This document shows positions 49,663 through 61,800 of a DNA stretch of 64,000 nucleotides, in pieces (position 1 is the stretch's first letter; each line of letters opens with the position of its first letter). Source of the DNA: Macrostomum lignano (Eukaryota); the NCBI GenBank assembly GCA_002269645.1, contig NIVC01002608.1, forward strand, positions 62,001-126,000, read 5' to 3'. Below the pieces are notes generated by a model. The model saw only the letters and a list, made by a program, of their open reading frames with translations. It did no database searches and was not told the DNA's origin. The position numbers were made by a program, and so were the translations under genes.

Positions 49663-50582
49663 CGCGGCAACTACTGCTAGTAGTAAACTGTTGCTTGGTT
49701 AATCGGATTATTTCAAAAAAATGTGTTTTAATAAAATCAATAATCCGAGAGGCCCCGACATCTTTCTCTCTCTATTTTGTTGTTAATTTTTCTAGCACCA
49801 CCTCGGGCTGTGAACTGCAACTTCATTGGCAGGATATTCGTGTCTGAGTCTGTTTAATTCACTCTCGCTCACACAGCTGCATCGCCCCTGCCCCCCAGCC
49901 TCCGTATTGCCTTTAATTCTTATATTGATTTGAATCGGAATCAAAAGCTTTATACTATATGCATATATTATACCACTATTATTACTATTGACTATCGCTG
50001 TTTCATGTGTTTTGTTGTCACCCAAATTTTGGTTTTCATAGTACAATATCTATACATATACTACTGCTCTACTTGTGCGCAAAAGTAGTATGTGTTAATC
50101 GGGCAATTAGCTGAGCAGCAATCGGACTCTTACTACGGCCTTGTAAAATTTTAGTTGAAAGCGTGTTTTTGTATCGAATTTTTCATATTTATTGATTTAT
50201 TAAATAGAACTAATGTGCCATTTTATTATTTATATGCCTATCAAAAGCCCCCCCATAGCAAGCGGCTAACTCTGCAGATCTGCGTTGTCTTTTTCCTCTG
50301 CCCCGTGTGCCAGGCTTTGAATAATGACTGAATTTTCACGCTGGTTAACTAATTGCAGGAACAAGAGTTTTGCAAATAACTGTCTTGCTTTTTTGTAGCT
50401 CTTCTCTTCGTTTAAAGACAACTCTTGTTTATCTCTGCTATTCGTGTTGGTTAATTTTTGTGCCTTAGGAGAAACGTTTCCTTTAATAATTTGTTTAAAT
50501 CATTGGTCAGGCTTGAATTTATGCTTTTTGTTCATGCAGGTTCTGTGGAAAAACTTCAAGACAAACTGGTTGCATACATGTA

Positions 50583-51790
50583 CCCACAGACAATTGGTGT
50601 CCAAGCCACAGACAATTGGTGTCCCAGCCACAGACAATTGGTGTCCGAGCCACAGACAATTGGTGTCCCAGCCACAGACAATTGGTGTCCAAGCCACAGA
50701 CAATTGGTGTCCCAGCCACACACAATTGGTGTCCCAGCCACAGACAATTGGTGTCCCAGCCACAGACAATTGGTGTCCAAGCCACAGACAATTGGTGTCC
50801 CAGCCACAGACAATTGGTGTCCCAGCCACAGACAATTGGTGTCCAAGCCACAGACAATTGGTGTCCCAGCCACAGACAATTGGTGTCCCAGCCACAGACA
50901 ATTGGTGTCCAAGCCACAGACAATTGGTGTCCCAGCCACAGACAATTGGTGTCCCAGCCACAGACAATTGGTGTCCAAGCCACAGACAATTGGTGTCCCA
51001 GCCACAGACAATTGGTGTCCAAGCCACAGACAATTGGTGTCCCAGCCACAGACAATTGGTGTCCAAGCCACAGACAATTGGTGTCCAAGCCACAGACAAT
51101 TGGTGTCCAAGCCACAGACAATTGGTGTCCAAGCCACAGACAATTGGTGTCCAAGCCACAGACAATTGGTGTCCAAGCCACAGACAATTGGTGTCCAAGC
51201 CACAGACAATTGGTGTCCCAGCCACAGACAATTGGTGTCCAAGCCACAGACAATTGGTGTCCAAGCCAGAGACAATTGGTGTCCAAGCCAGAGACAATTG
51301 GTGTCCAAGCCACAGACAATTGGTGTCCAAGCCACAGACAATTGGTGTCCCAGCCACAGACAATTGGTGTCCAAGCCACAGACAATTGGTGTCCAAGCCA
51401 GAGACAATTGGTGTCCAAGCCAGAGACAATTGGTGTCCAAGCCACAGACAATTGGTGTCCAAGCCACAGACAATTGGTGTCCAAGCCACAGACAATTGGT
51501 GTCCAAGCCACAGACAATTGGTGTCCAAGCCACAGACAATTGGTGTCCAAGCCACAGACAATTGGTGTCCAAGCCACAGACAATTGGTGTCCCAGCCACA
51601 CACAATTGGTGTCCCAGCCACAGACACAATTGGTGTCCCAGCCACAGACACAATTGGTGTCCCAGCCACAGACACAATTGGTGTCCAAGTCACAGACAAT
51701 TGGTGTCCAAGCCACAGACAATTAGGGTCCAAGCCACAGACACAATTGGTGTCCCAGTCACAGACACAATAGATGTCCCAGCCAAGGACA
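50583..51790. repeat. Minisatellite, 22 bp unit CCACAGACAATTGGTGTCCAAG, ~55 copies
   Basis: Read directly; downstream of the CLINT1 stop codon. Confidence 0.95.
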
Positions 51791-52879
51791 CAATGGATGT
51801 CCATTTAGCAATAATTTTTAACTGCTGTATTTCGTGTTTTGTCCAGCCATCGTCTTAAATTCCGAATCGGTCCCGAGGCATTCTAAAATCACCAAATTTC
51901 AATTAATCGTCTATTTTTTTACGTTGTAACTTTCTGCAGTGCTCTGTCTGTTGTGCTCAAACCAGAGGTTTGTTTTTAATAATCATAATCTGCCGTTTTC
52001 TCTATGCGTGAGTTTCGTTTCTGTTTTATGAAGCTGTGATTCTTGCTGCACGCCTGTTTACTGATAACCGCCATCCCATTAATCCAGTTCTGGAGGTTAC
52101 ACAACTTCATATATATATATTTTTTAATCTCAACTCTGACCAGCCACCATCACTGTACTTAGGGTTTTAAGCTGTTTTACTATGCGACACAGGACCAGTA
52201 TGAATACTTTAATTTGATCCAATAGATTTTCTTTTATAACCATTGCACGCTATTCATAGTAGTGTCGCTTCAGCCAGCCGAGAGCGACTGCGACCATCTC
52301 CTATTTTTATTTGAACACCCACCCGAGCACCAAGACTTGATCTTTGTAAGCCAGCCACGCAAGCAATAAAATATTATTTATATTTACTATAATAATAACA
52401 AGCCCGGATTTATAAGTTAGCTTCGAAGCCAGTTAATAAAAATTGGCGACACTAAAAGTCAATTTTTTTGTCATCAATCAATGTTACTAAGTATGCAATA
52501 TTAGTGACTGTCAGATACTATACCAGTGTAATATGGGTATTAAACAGGTTCTAAATAATATTATTTAAATTCAACAACGCGACAGTGAAATGTTTAAAAA
52601 TTACAAGATAAATTAACTATCAAATTAACTAATTACGTGTAATTTACGGATTCGTTTAATAAAACCACAAGATGATGTAATGTATGAGTAATACAGTAGC
52701 TGCCGAGAATTGAGTCACAAAAAGTTTACAAGCAACAAATTTGAGTGCAGCAGAGTCGGAGCACAGGTTCAGATTTATAGCGCGAATTTCAATGGCCTTT
52801 ATTTATACGTAATATATTTATATGCACTAGCAGAATTGAATTCCTACAAGTAATTATTCTGCGAGTCTATCTACCTGTC

Positions 52880-53347
<468 letters not shown>

Positions 53348-53569
53348 CAACCAGTATCAGCAAGACCCATGAGTGCACACGCACAAATTGGCACAAAAAT
53401 GACTCCATAATTTAAAGAACCGCACTAGGTTAAAACGACTACTACAATGATTCAACCAAACAAATAAAAGAAACTGCTATTGCGACACGTAATTCAAATC
53501 AGTCGCACAATCAAAATGCACAATAGCGTGTTTATAGTGTGGGCTGGCAGATCATTTGTTCTTCTTTCA

Positions 53570-54670
53570 TCAAGTAGCCGCTGCCCCCTCCTCCGCCGGC
53601 TTTTCCACCGGAACCGCTTCCGCCTCGGCGGCGCCGGAATCATCGCCGCCAAACCTGGCCGCCCGGGCGCGCTTCTTGGCTGCCACTTCCTCGGAGTCCT
53701 CGTTGTCGACGTCCTTATCGGCGGCCGTAAGCCCCTCGGGCTCCTTCATCAGGGCCGGCGAAGTGACAACGCCAAATCGTTCGGCGCGTTTGCGCATTTT
53801 ATCAACGTCTCCAGGCGCCAAACTGGCGCCGTCGGATTGGCGCGAGCCGCGCGCCCCGGCTGGTTTTGGCGATGCGTAGTCGGAGGCGTCGCCGAATCGT
53901 TGGGCGCGGGCGCGCTTTCGCGACTCGATCTCCGGGTGAGTGGTGTCGGCGCTTGACGAACTGGCCGGCGCCGCCGGATCGACGCCGAATCGTTTGGCGC
54001 GCAATTGGCGCCGTTCATCTTCGGTAAGTTCGGCCAGGCCGGCGGCTTTCATTGGGGCGCGCAGGACACCTTCGAGAGGCTGCGGCGCGGCGGCTTCGGC
54101 TTCTTCGGACTTGCTGGCGCCCATTGAGGCTTCGGAGTCGATTTCGATGGCCGCGACATCCACTGATTGGCTGTCTGAAGGATCAGTTGGGGTGGTTGTC
54201 GCTTTCTCTGTCTCCTTGGTTGGCTCTGATTGGCTGACCGGGTCAGTTGGGGCGGGCTTCGATATTTTCGTCTCCTTGCCCAGCTCTGATTGGCTGGCAG
54301 GGGCGGCTGGGGTTGGCGTCGCAGCATTAGTCACCTTGGCGGCCTCTAATTGGCTACCAGGCACTTTAGGCTCTGGTGGCGGCGGCGAGGGCGGCACAGA
54401 AATTTTGCTGTCCTCATCAAGTTCGCTGCGCTCTTCGCCACTAGTAGCCAGGCTAACTGAGGCGGCGGTGGCCGAATTCTCGGCCAGAGCATCCTCAGAC
54501 AGGAGTAGAGACTCTTCGTCAGCCCGAGTAACCAAGTGATTGCGCAGGCGCTGAACCAGTTCCTTCTTGGATCCAGTCACTGGCAGGCAATATGACTTGC
54601 AACGCTCTTTGAGTTCTTTAAGCTTCAGGGAGCTGAGCTGCTCCACTGTGGGCACATCTGCTGACATCAT
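53570..54670 (-). CDS. SARNP: SAP domain-containing ribonucleoprotein (CIP29/Tho1 family), single exon, 366 aa
   Basis: N-terminal SAP domain LSSLKLKELKERCKSYCLPVTGSKKELVQRL; four R-A-x-R-F-G motifs (RAKRFG, RAQRFG, RAERFG, RAARFG) typical of the Tho1/MOS11 C-terminal region. Confidence 0.9.
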   Translation of the reverse strand: MMSADVPTVEQLSSLKLKELKERCKSYCLPVTGSKKELVQRLRNHLVTRADEESLLLSEDALAENSATAASVSLATSGEERSELDEDSKISVPPSPPPPEPKVPGSQLEAAKVTNAATPTPAAPASQSELGKETKISKPAPTDPVSQSEPTKETEKATTTPTDPSDSQSVDVAAIEIDSEASMGASKSEEAEAAAPQPLEGVLRAPMKAAGLAELTEDERRQLRAKRFGVDPAAPASSSSADTTHPEIESRKRARAQRFGDASDYASPKPAGARGSRQSDGASLAPGDVDKMRKRAERFGVVTSPALMKEPEGLTAADKDVDNEDSEEVAAKKRARAARFGGDDSGAAEAEAVPVEKPAEEGAAAT

Positions 54671-54929
54671 GCATTGAGAAGTGGTTTGTTATGCTTAGTG
54701 ATTTATTTGAACTCTGATTTATGAGCCATGATGTAGAACTTGGACAAACTTGTAAGCTCTGTATTGTCAGTCACACAATATACTAAATCTCAATAATCGA
54801 ACATGCCTACATTATATTCTACAATAGCACTTAATTAATATTGTTTAAAATTTAAACATGCACATTTTCCTGAAAGACCTACATGAAAGATTTTATGGAA
54901 GTTTATGTATGTTTTAGTGTAGGCATATA

Positions 54930-56232
54930 CAAGGGGTGATAAAAAATTTTGTGCAACCTTTTGTTATAGAATCGGCAAAAGCCAAACACTTACAAATATG
55001 TGGCTATATCTGTTTGCTATATTTATATGCATTTTTGGCTTCCAAATGTGCACCAGTCAAATTTTGCAGCCATATATTTTCCATGTGTTTTCAGTAGCTG
55101 ATGGAAACATCAAAAGACAGTGTTTGCTTCTATATCTTTATGTGCATGCAACTTGGTTGCAAAGTGACTGAGATTCATATTGATCTGGTGAATGTTTTAG
55201 CTGACTCTGCTCCATCATTTGATACAGTTGCCCGCTGGCTGCGCCTTTTCTTAGAAGGCTAGGACAGCTTCAACTGTGAACCAAGGTCTGGCTGACCCTG
55301 GACATCCATGATCGAAGATGTCGTGGCCCATGCCAATGCAATATTTTGTGAGGATTGGAGCATTACGTTAAGATTCCTTGCCTATGAGCTTGGTGTCAGC
55401 TATGGAAGTGCTTATAACATTATGCATGAGCAACTGGGCTGCACAAAGACCTGCGCTCAGTGAGTACCCATCTTCTCACTCTAGAGCAGCAAACAGAGAG
55501 GGTGCATATCTGTCGCTTGTGGGTGCAAATGTTTGAGCCCCACAGCCCACAATGACTGTCGGATGTCATCACAGGAGACAAATGTTGGATCTCCTTCTTT
55601 TACCATGAAGGATAAGCAGTCCAACATGGTCTGGCTGGCAGAAGATGAGCCCAAGGCCCAAGGTGCTGAAGACTGGATTCCTCAGTTAGAAGCGGATATT
55701 CACCATTTTTTTTACTTTCAAGGTGTTGTATCGATAAACATCCTTCCAGTGGGTGCCACAGTGACTGCCAAGTACTATACAGACACTGTTTTGCCAGGTG
55801 TGCTACAGGAGTGGCAGGAATGTGCATGAACCAAGCATGAACCTCGACTCCTGCTGTACCATGACAATGCGGCACCACACAGAGCAGCCTCAACCATAGC
55901 GTACCTAGAGCAGCAGGGGGTCTGGCTGCTGCCCCATCCACCCTACTCTCTAGACCTAGCACCATGTGACTTTTGGCTCTTCCCAAAGATCAAATCCATT
56001 ATTTCTGGGAGGCCATTTTCACGCATACAAGACTTTGCCCAAGTGGTAAATTCAGCTCTATAGGGTATACTAACTTGGGAATACCATGACTGCTTTCAAA
56101 CATGGTGTATACGCATTGCGATAGTATATAGATAGTGGTAGAAAGTACTATAAGGGAATATGACATTGATTAGAACCATGGTTTCTATAACACTGAGTTA
56201 TGTCACTTGCAGAACTTTTTGATCACCCCTCA
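54930..56232 (+). mobile_element. Decayed mariner transposon
   Basis: TIRs CAAGGGGTGATAAAAAATTTTGTGCAA versus reverse-complement TGAGGGGTGATCAAAAAGTTCTGCAA, flanked by TA. Transposase remnants from ATG 55101, including LLYHDNAAPH and PHPPYSLDLAPCDFWLFPKIK; stops and frameshifts present. Confidence 0.92.
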
Positions 56233-56781
56233 TATATACCACTTTGGTCTCATTCTTATACTTTTAACATTTTTGATTAATTATCAACCATTTTCATTCT
56301 ATAAACTTTATAAATTTTTTGTTATAAAGTTATAAATTTTATAACAAAAAAGCCTTAAAGTCATATAATATAAAAATTTAGACATAATATACAGGTAATT
56401 ACATAATAAAACAAATTAGCATTTTCCTTAGGCTAGGGCCTACATAGTATGTAGCTCTTAGTTACCTTTGGAATTTGCCTTTTGGACTTGATTTGTAATT
56501 ACACAAGTTAAAAAAGTCATTATAGGTTTAATAGGGGCCTAAAATAACTTAGGCCTAGTCCAAACCTAGTCTATTTATAAATTTTTAGCCCCTAGGCCTA
56601 GGCCTAGGTTTGAAATACAAGTTTTAAGAAAATCAGTTGAGCTATTTTTCTTAAACCAATCAGATATGCCAATATAGTCATAGACAGACAAACCATTTTA
56701 GTGCAGGCCTAGTGTAGCCAGTGTAGGCCGACATAGCCAACGTAGCCGACATGGGAGTAGGCACACGACTACAACTATATA

Positions 56782-58122
56782 TGAGGCCTGAGGGTTGTTT
56801 GGAAAGTCGACAATCAAACATGCATATCCTTTTTGAGTCACTACTTTGTTTTGAAACTTTATAGGCCTACCATAGACAAATATCATACCCTGAATGTTTT
56901 AAATCAAGAGTGGTCTTGTTTGAGCCAGGAATTTCCTTCTTGCAGTGTTTTTAGTCACATAGGAATTCTATCACTATGCTGAATAATGAAGAAGCAAAGT
57001 GAAGTGTCATTTGGTTTTTGTGGAAACAAGGAAAGTGACAGGCAGAAATTCTTTACAAGTTGCAAGCAACATATGGCAAATGTGCACCATAAAAAACAAT
57101 GGTCAACAAGTGGGTGCAGCATTTTGAAGACAGCTAAGAGACAGTCGATGACCTTCTATGGAGTGGCCGGCCTGCCACCACAGTCAACAGGTCAAACATC
57201 GAGCTTGTGCATCGTGCTCTAGATGTTGACTGCCGAGCTACAGTGCGAGAGTTGTCAACCATTACTGGCATCTCATCAATGGCCATTCATTCAATCCTGA
57301 CGGTTGAGCTTGGTATGTCACGCATTGACCATTGTTACATGTTGGGTCCCGAAACTTCTGACTGACCAGCAGCAGCGAGAGCGGGTCCAGGTGTGTTGGC
57401 AGCTCCTCTAGTCATATCACAGTGATCCCAACTTTTTGGACCAGATTGTGACTAGGCTAGGGATGAATCCTAGTTTCATTATAGTGAGCCAGAGTCCAAG
57501 ATACAAAGCAGTGTGTGGAAGGCCAGCCATGAGCCCATACTTGTCAAGGCCCTGACTGCACCTTCAGCTGGCAAGCAAATGGCCACCATCTTCTGGGACA
57601 AGGAGGGTATTCTGCTCATCGAATGGCTTTCTCGTGGTGCCACAATAAACAGTGACTACTACATCTAAGTCTTACAGAAGTTGCGTGAAGCCATCAAGGC
57701 CTAGCGGCATGGCAAGCTGAGCCATGGCATCCTGCTTCAGCACGACAATGCCAGGCCGCACACCAGCCAGGCAACAATGGCTGCCATTTCAGACCTGGGC
57801 TTCAAGGTGCTGCCATACCCACCCTACTCACTGGACCTCGCACCCAGTGACTTCTGGCTGTTCGGAGAGATGAAAAAAACCCTCCGAGTCCGAGGTTGCC
57901 AGTATAGCTCCCTACAGACCCTGGCATCGGCCATCAGCCAGTGGGTCAGGGGGTCACCTGCCAATTTCTATGCTGCCAGCATCGAGAAGTTGCCTGAGAG
58001 GTGGCACAAGTGCATAAGCCTCAAGGGTGCCTACGTTGAGAAGCAGGAGGAGTAGCGTTACATTTGTTCAATCCGTTAAACTGTTAGACACGTTTGATCG
58101 CGGACTTTCCGAACAACCCTCG
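56782..58122 (+). mobile_element. Second decayed mariner transposon (different subfamily)
   Basis: Left TGAGGGTTGTTTGGAAAGT (with a short duplication at the tip) versus right-end reverse complement TACGAGGGTTGTTCGGAAAGT. Remnants WVPKLLTDQQQRERV, LQHDNARPH and PYSLDLAPSDFWLFGEMK; multiple stops. Confidence 0.9.
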
Positions 58123-58847
58123 TATTTGCATTATAAAGTAGGCCCTAGCATTTACAAAGAAAAGAACAGCGAACAGAACAGGGAAATTAAATTAATTAAT
58201 AGGCCTAGTAAATACTAGATAGGCTAGCCATAATAGCCAAATGCCCTGTAGGAATGATAGATAAATACGTTTAAGCAGAATCACACTGAAAGAAAGTTGC
58301 CCCGTCCCGTGGGTCAACTAACTGAATGACAAATTGAAATTAGGCCTAAGTAACTACAACATCGCACCGCGGGAATAATATGTATAGCAAAAAATGCTAA
58401 AACGAGGAAGATACTTTTTTAAGGCCCAACCCCGGCCGGGCCAGATTTTTCGATTTAAAATTTCTAAAAGATAAACAAAAAAGCGACTTAAAATTGGGAG
58501 GTATTATTGCATGATAGGCATTAAGGAAGTTCCTAGAGTTCTAAAATAGTATTAAACACATTCAAGCTGTGTTTAGGGCTTTAAAATTAGCGTCACATAT
58601 TTTTGAATTTTTGGCATGAATACCGCGGCCAGGCCAAGCCAGGGCAGCCATTTGGCATCCATTGCTTATTCAAGCTCAACCACACTAAGCTTCACGAAAC
58701 TAGTTGCAGCCCATTTTTGTTTTATAATTATTATTAGTACAGACTTGCGTTTTATATTTACTCAGTTTATATTTTGCGTCCTCCCTTACTTTTTCTAAAT
58801 ATTATACTTACTTCTTCTCCCTGCAGTAAGCAGGTATCGGTATAGCC

Positions 58848-61800
58848 ATGGAGAAGCATCAAAGAAGATTAAATGCTAGAACACTTGGTCTAGGATATGC
58901 AGAAGCGGCGAAGCTGCTGTCAGAGAATGATGCCAACGATGGAATTGAAAGGTCCAGCATAGCTAAATTTACAGTAGAATTAGACGCTCTAAATGGCTAT
59001 AGGTACTACTTCATTCCTGCAAATGAGGAGTTCAAGGACGACTGGAAGTACGATGCATTTCGGTGGAAGTCTCAAGGAACGGATACAATGCCAAGGTACA
59101 TAAAGAGAACTGTTTCAAACAGACATACTTGTCTTTATTTTGATTAACGAGCATGTAGCAGTTTTGTGTACAAATGGACAATGTTCTGTGGCTCTAAAAT
59201 TACTTTTGACTTGTTAGATAGACTCACAGTTGGAAGATACTTTTTTCAAGCCCAAACTTTAGGTTGATCATGTTGATTAGAATATCTGAAAGACATGGCA
59301 TTTCACAAAGATTCTTACTTCACTTGGAGACTTTCGTGTACGTAGTGAGATTTTGTAATTTTCTGTTTTATATTATTCATTTAATTCTATATAATCTTGA
59401 AAGCAGGGATCCAGTGGATAGAATTTCAATTACAAATGCTGAATTGAATAAAGTTGTGCACTACTTTTTCTATTGAAAATGGTGCGTAAAAATTTGATAA
59501 CATTTTTGCATCATTGCAGCATAATTATTTTTTATGGAAAAATATCACAAATCAAGAATTTTTATGTATGTATACGCACTCATTTACCTCCCTTACCACG
59601 CATTCGCAGGCAACCTAATCAAAAAGGCCTTGCTCCAGTACTGTACAAGTACAAATACATTGCACTAAATGCATATCAACAGCATTTATCATTCTGGAGA
59701 TGTGCATTCTGCCTTTTTCGATCAGATGGCAATGTTGATCAAAGGTGAGATATGTGGAAATGGCTTGAAAAAGAATGAGTAATACTTTGCATACAGGAAA
59801 CACTAAGCTTACTTTGGTTCTCCTCCCATTTCAGTATCACGCTGGTTCACTACTTTGGAGACCCCAACGATTGTCCTGCAGCCTTGATTCGGGGGCCTCA
59901 AAAGCCAGTAGACCAGGACAGTGACGACGAAGATGCCCCGCAAAGCAGCGACAATCAACAATCGAAGGCCAATCGGTTTCGGACTTGCCCCTCGACAATG
60001 AGGGCAATGAAGAAAGAATTGAAGTTAAAAATGCCTGCTGCCGTCTATAATCAATTTATGGCGCAAAACTCGGTAGACGCTAATCCGTCGTATCTGCCTC
60101 GAGATCCCAAGCAGGCGGCCAATGCCAAGTACCGCTCCTCAAAGGCTACTGGACTGGCAGATCAAATGCTGGCTGTCGCTGCGCTGCAGAATGAGGTGCC
60201 AGACTACATCCGGCATTTCACAGGTCTGCCTTACACTGCGATTGTTGTCGGGCAGAGGAATTTGCTGGAGCAAGTGAATAGAATGCTGCTGTTGAAGCCG
60301 AAGAAGCTGCTGATGTCATACGACACTGGCTTCTCTGTGTCAGATGTGCTGGTCTCTGCACTTGTCATACGACTGCCAGTGTTTGAAGGTGACACTGCCC
60401 CTATTGTGGCCCCATTGTACCTGATTCACGACAAGAAAGTCAGTCAGGTTCACCGCATTTTCTGGGAGGCAGCTAGCGAGGCTCTACCAGCTCTGCGTCA
60501 GGTTTCAACTACCTGCGTTTTTGATGGCGAGATTGGGCTGCGGCGGTCTTTACCAGAGTTGCTGCCCAAGGTCAAGATTCTTGGCTGTTGGAACCACTTG
60601 AGGACTGATGTCAAGAGGTGGTTGCAAAAGCACAGGAATCAAAGCACCGAGTTCCGCAAGGATGTCGACAATCTTCTTTGTTGTGAGACTGAAGACGACT
60701 TCCTGGATCTAGAGGCCACGCTGCATGAGAAGGAACACTGGACTGCAAGAGTGGTCAAGTACTATGAAGGCACAATAAGACCGGCAATCGTGAAGTACAG
60801 CGGCCGCTGGATACTCGGACAGCATTACTGGGACAAGTCAGGCATAACGCAAAACCAGTCGGAAGCTCTGAACGCGCTTCTTCGAAGACACTTCAACTCG
60901 CAGCGTCGTGTTGGCATGATGCAATGCCTCATTGGCCTTCATGCACTCTCGATTGCAAGGCATAACGAGATTGCTCGCAGTCTAATGGGGTTTGGACGCT
61001 ACCAGCTGAAGTCCAAGTATGCCTCTCTGAAGAAGGAAATCGGCGAGTGCAATATGCTGCAAGTACCAAAGTACGACACTCTGATGCAAGCAATCGTATC
61101 TGGCGTCACAGGAATGAGCGAAGAATTCGTTGCTCAACTAGTGATGGAACTGTCGGAGAAGAACCAGTCAGCCAGCCAGCCAGCAAGTCAGCCAGCCAGC
61201 CAGCCAGCCGAGGAGCCAGCAAGTCAGCCAGCCGAGCAGCCAGCCAGCCAGCCAGCAAGTCAGCCAGCCAACCAGCCAGCCGAGCAGCCAGCAAGTCAGC
61301 CAGCCAGCCAGCCGGCCGACTCCAGTGACGACGATGAAGATGACAGCAGTGGCGGAGACAGCAGCAGTGAGAGCAGCAGCGATGACGAAGGCAAGAATGA
61401 GCGTCTGGCCAAGTGCAAAGCTCTAGGCTACAGCTTGGCCGAAGCTGATGACGGCAGTTACATTGTGACTAATACAATAAACGCGCGGTTCGTTGTCTAC
61501 TTCGCTGGCGGCCAGGCCTTATGCTCGTGTCCGATGCAGACTAAGTGCACCCATATTGGATTCGTCGGGTGCATGAAGAATATTCCGGTTGTATCGGACG
61601 GTCTGCCAAATGTAACGCGCATTTTGCAGAGGCCTAAAGGAAGAAAGACGCGACCTGGAAAGCCTTACACCAGAGAGGAGACTAAAGACCTCAAGAAAAT
61701 GAAACGGACTAAGATAAAGTCGAAGCTGCCGTCAAGACGAGACGCGAAGCCTGCCGATGGGCCCCCATCACCACCAGCAGTGCGCGTGACAGGAATTCCC

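Noticed and set aside
43340-51858. Repetitive ORFs in the 23-, 25-, 19-, 24- and 22-bp arrays
   Set aside because: Artefacts of stop-free repeat units; the real exons splice around them in consistent phase.
58419-58445. TTAAGGCCCAACCCCGGCCGGGCC as candidate left end of the MULE element
   Set aside because: No matching inverted copy or TSD is visible before the window ends; cannot be supported here.
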